Shown in pieces: positions 5,294 to 5,327 of a DNA stretch of 5,327 nt; the stretch's first letter is position 1; each line of letters begins with the position of its first letter. Source of the DNA: a virus; the IMG/VR virus record IMGVR_UViG_3300045988_031517, positions 1 to 5,327 of that record. One strand, 5' to 3'. Made by a program: the position numbers and the translations under genes. Below the pieces are notes generated by a model. The model was not told the origin of the DNA. It was given only the letters and a program-made list of their open reading frames with translations, and made no database searches.

Positions 5294-5327
5294 GTGAATA
5301 ATGATCAGCTTATGAATCAATTAACCA
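5294..5327 (+). CDS. VP2: Duplicate of the VP2 5' end (GTG start at 5294) inside the terminal redundancy. This is the same gene as 108-782, not a second copy.
   Basis: Sequence identity with 108-141. Confidence 0.9.
   Translation, partial: MNNDQLMNQLT

Overview
This window holds a complete circular genome of a gokushovirus-like ssDNA phage (Microviridae, Gokushovirinae-type). It was over-read past the junction, so bases 1-141 are identical to 5187-5327 and the unit length is 5186 nt. All convincing genes sit on the + strand, which is typical of Microviridae. In circular order they are: DNA-pilot/minor capsid VP2 (108-782); a rolling-circle replication initiator VP4 with the HUH and YxxxY motifs (1397-2422); a 37-aa arginine-rich J/VP5-like DNA-binding protein (2489-2602); an orphan 95-aa ORF that is translationally coupled to it (2599-2886); the internal scaffold-like VP3 (2852-3370), which ends in a (KPDP)n tandem repeat; and the major capsid VP1 (3472-5178). 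The VP2-to-VP4 interval (783-1396) is the unusual part. It contains a ~130-bp GC-rich island with nested palindromes. It also carries a textbook sigma70 promoter (TTGACA-N17-TATAAT) overlapped by two 16-bp operator-like direct repeats, which drives an 81-aa XRE/Cro-like helix-turn-helix protein. Just upstream of the Rep gene sits a cluster of three hairpins. One is a perfect 12-bp stem whose loop reads ACTTGAT, the phiX174 origin nick motif. Other signals: an intrinsic terminator overlapping the Rep stop codon, a C8 homopolymer inside a candidate promoter spacer upstream of the structural operon, and a likely hypervariable surface loop in VP1. All homology statements rest on motifs recognised by eye from memory; no database search was possible.
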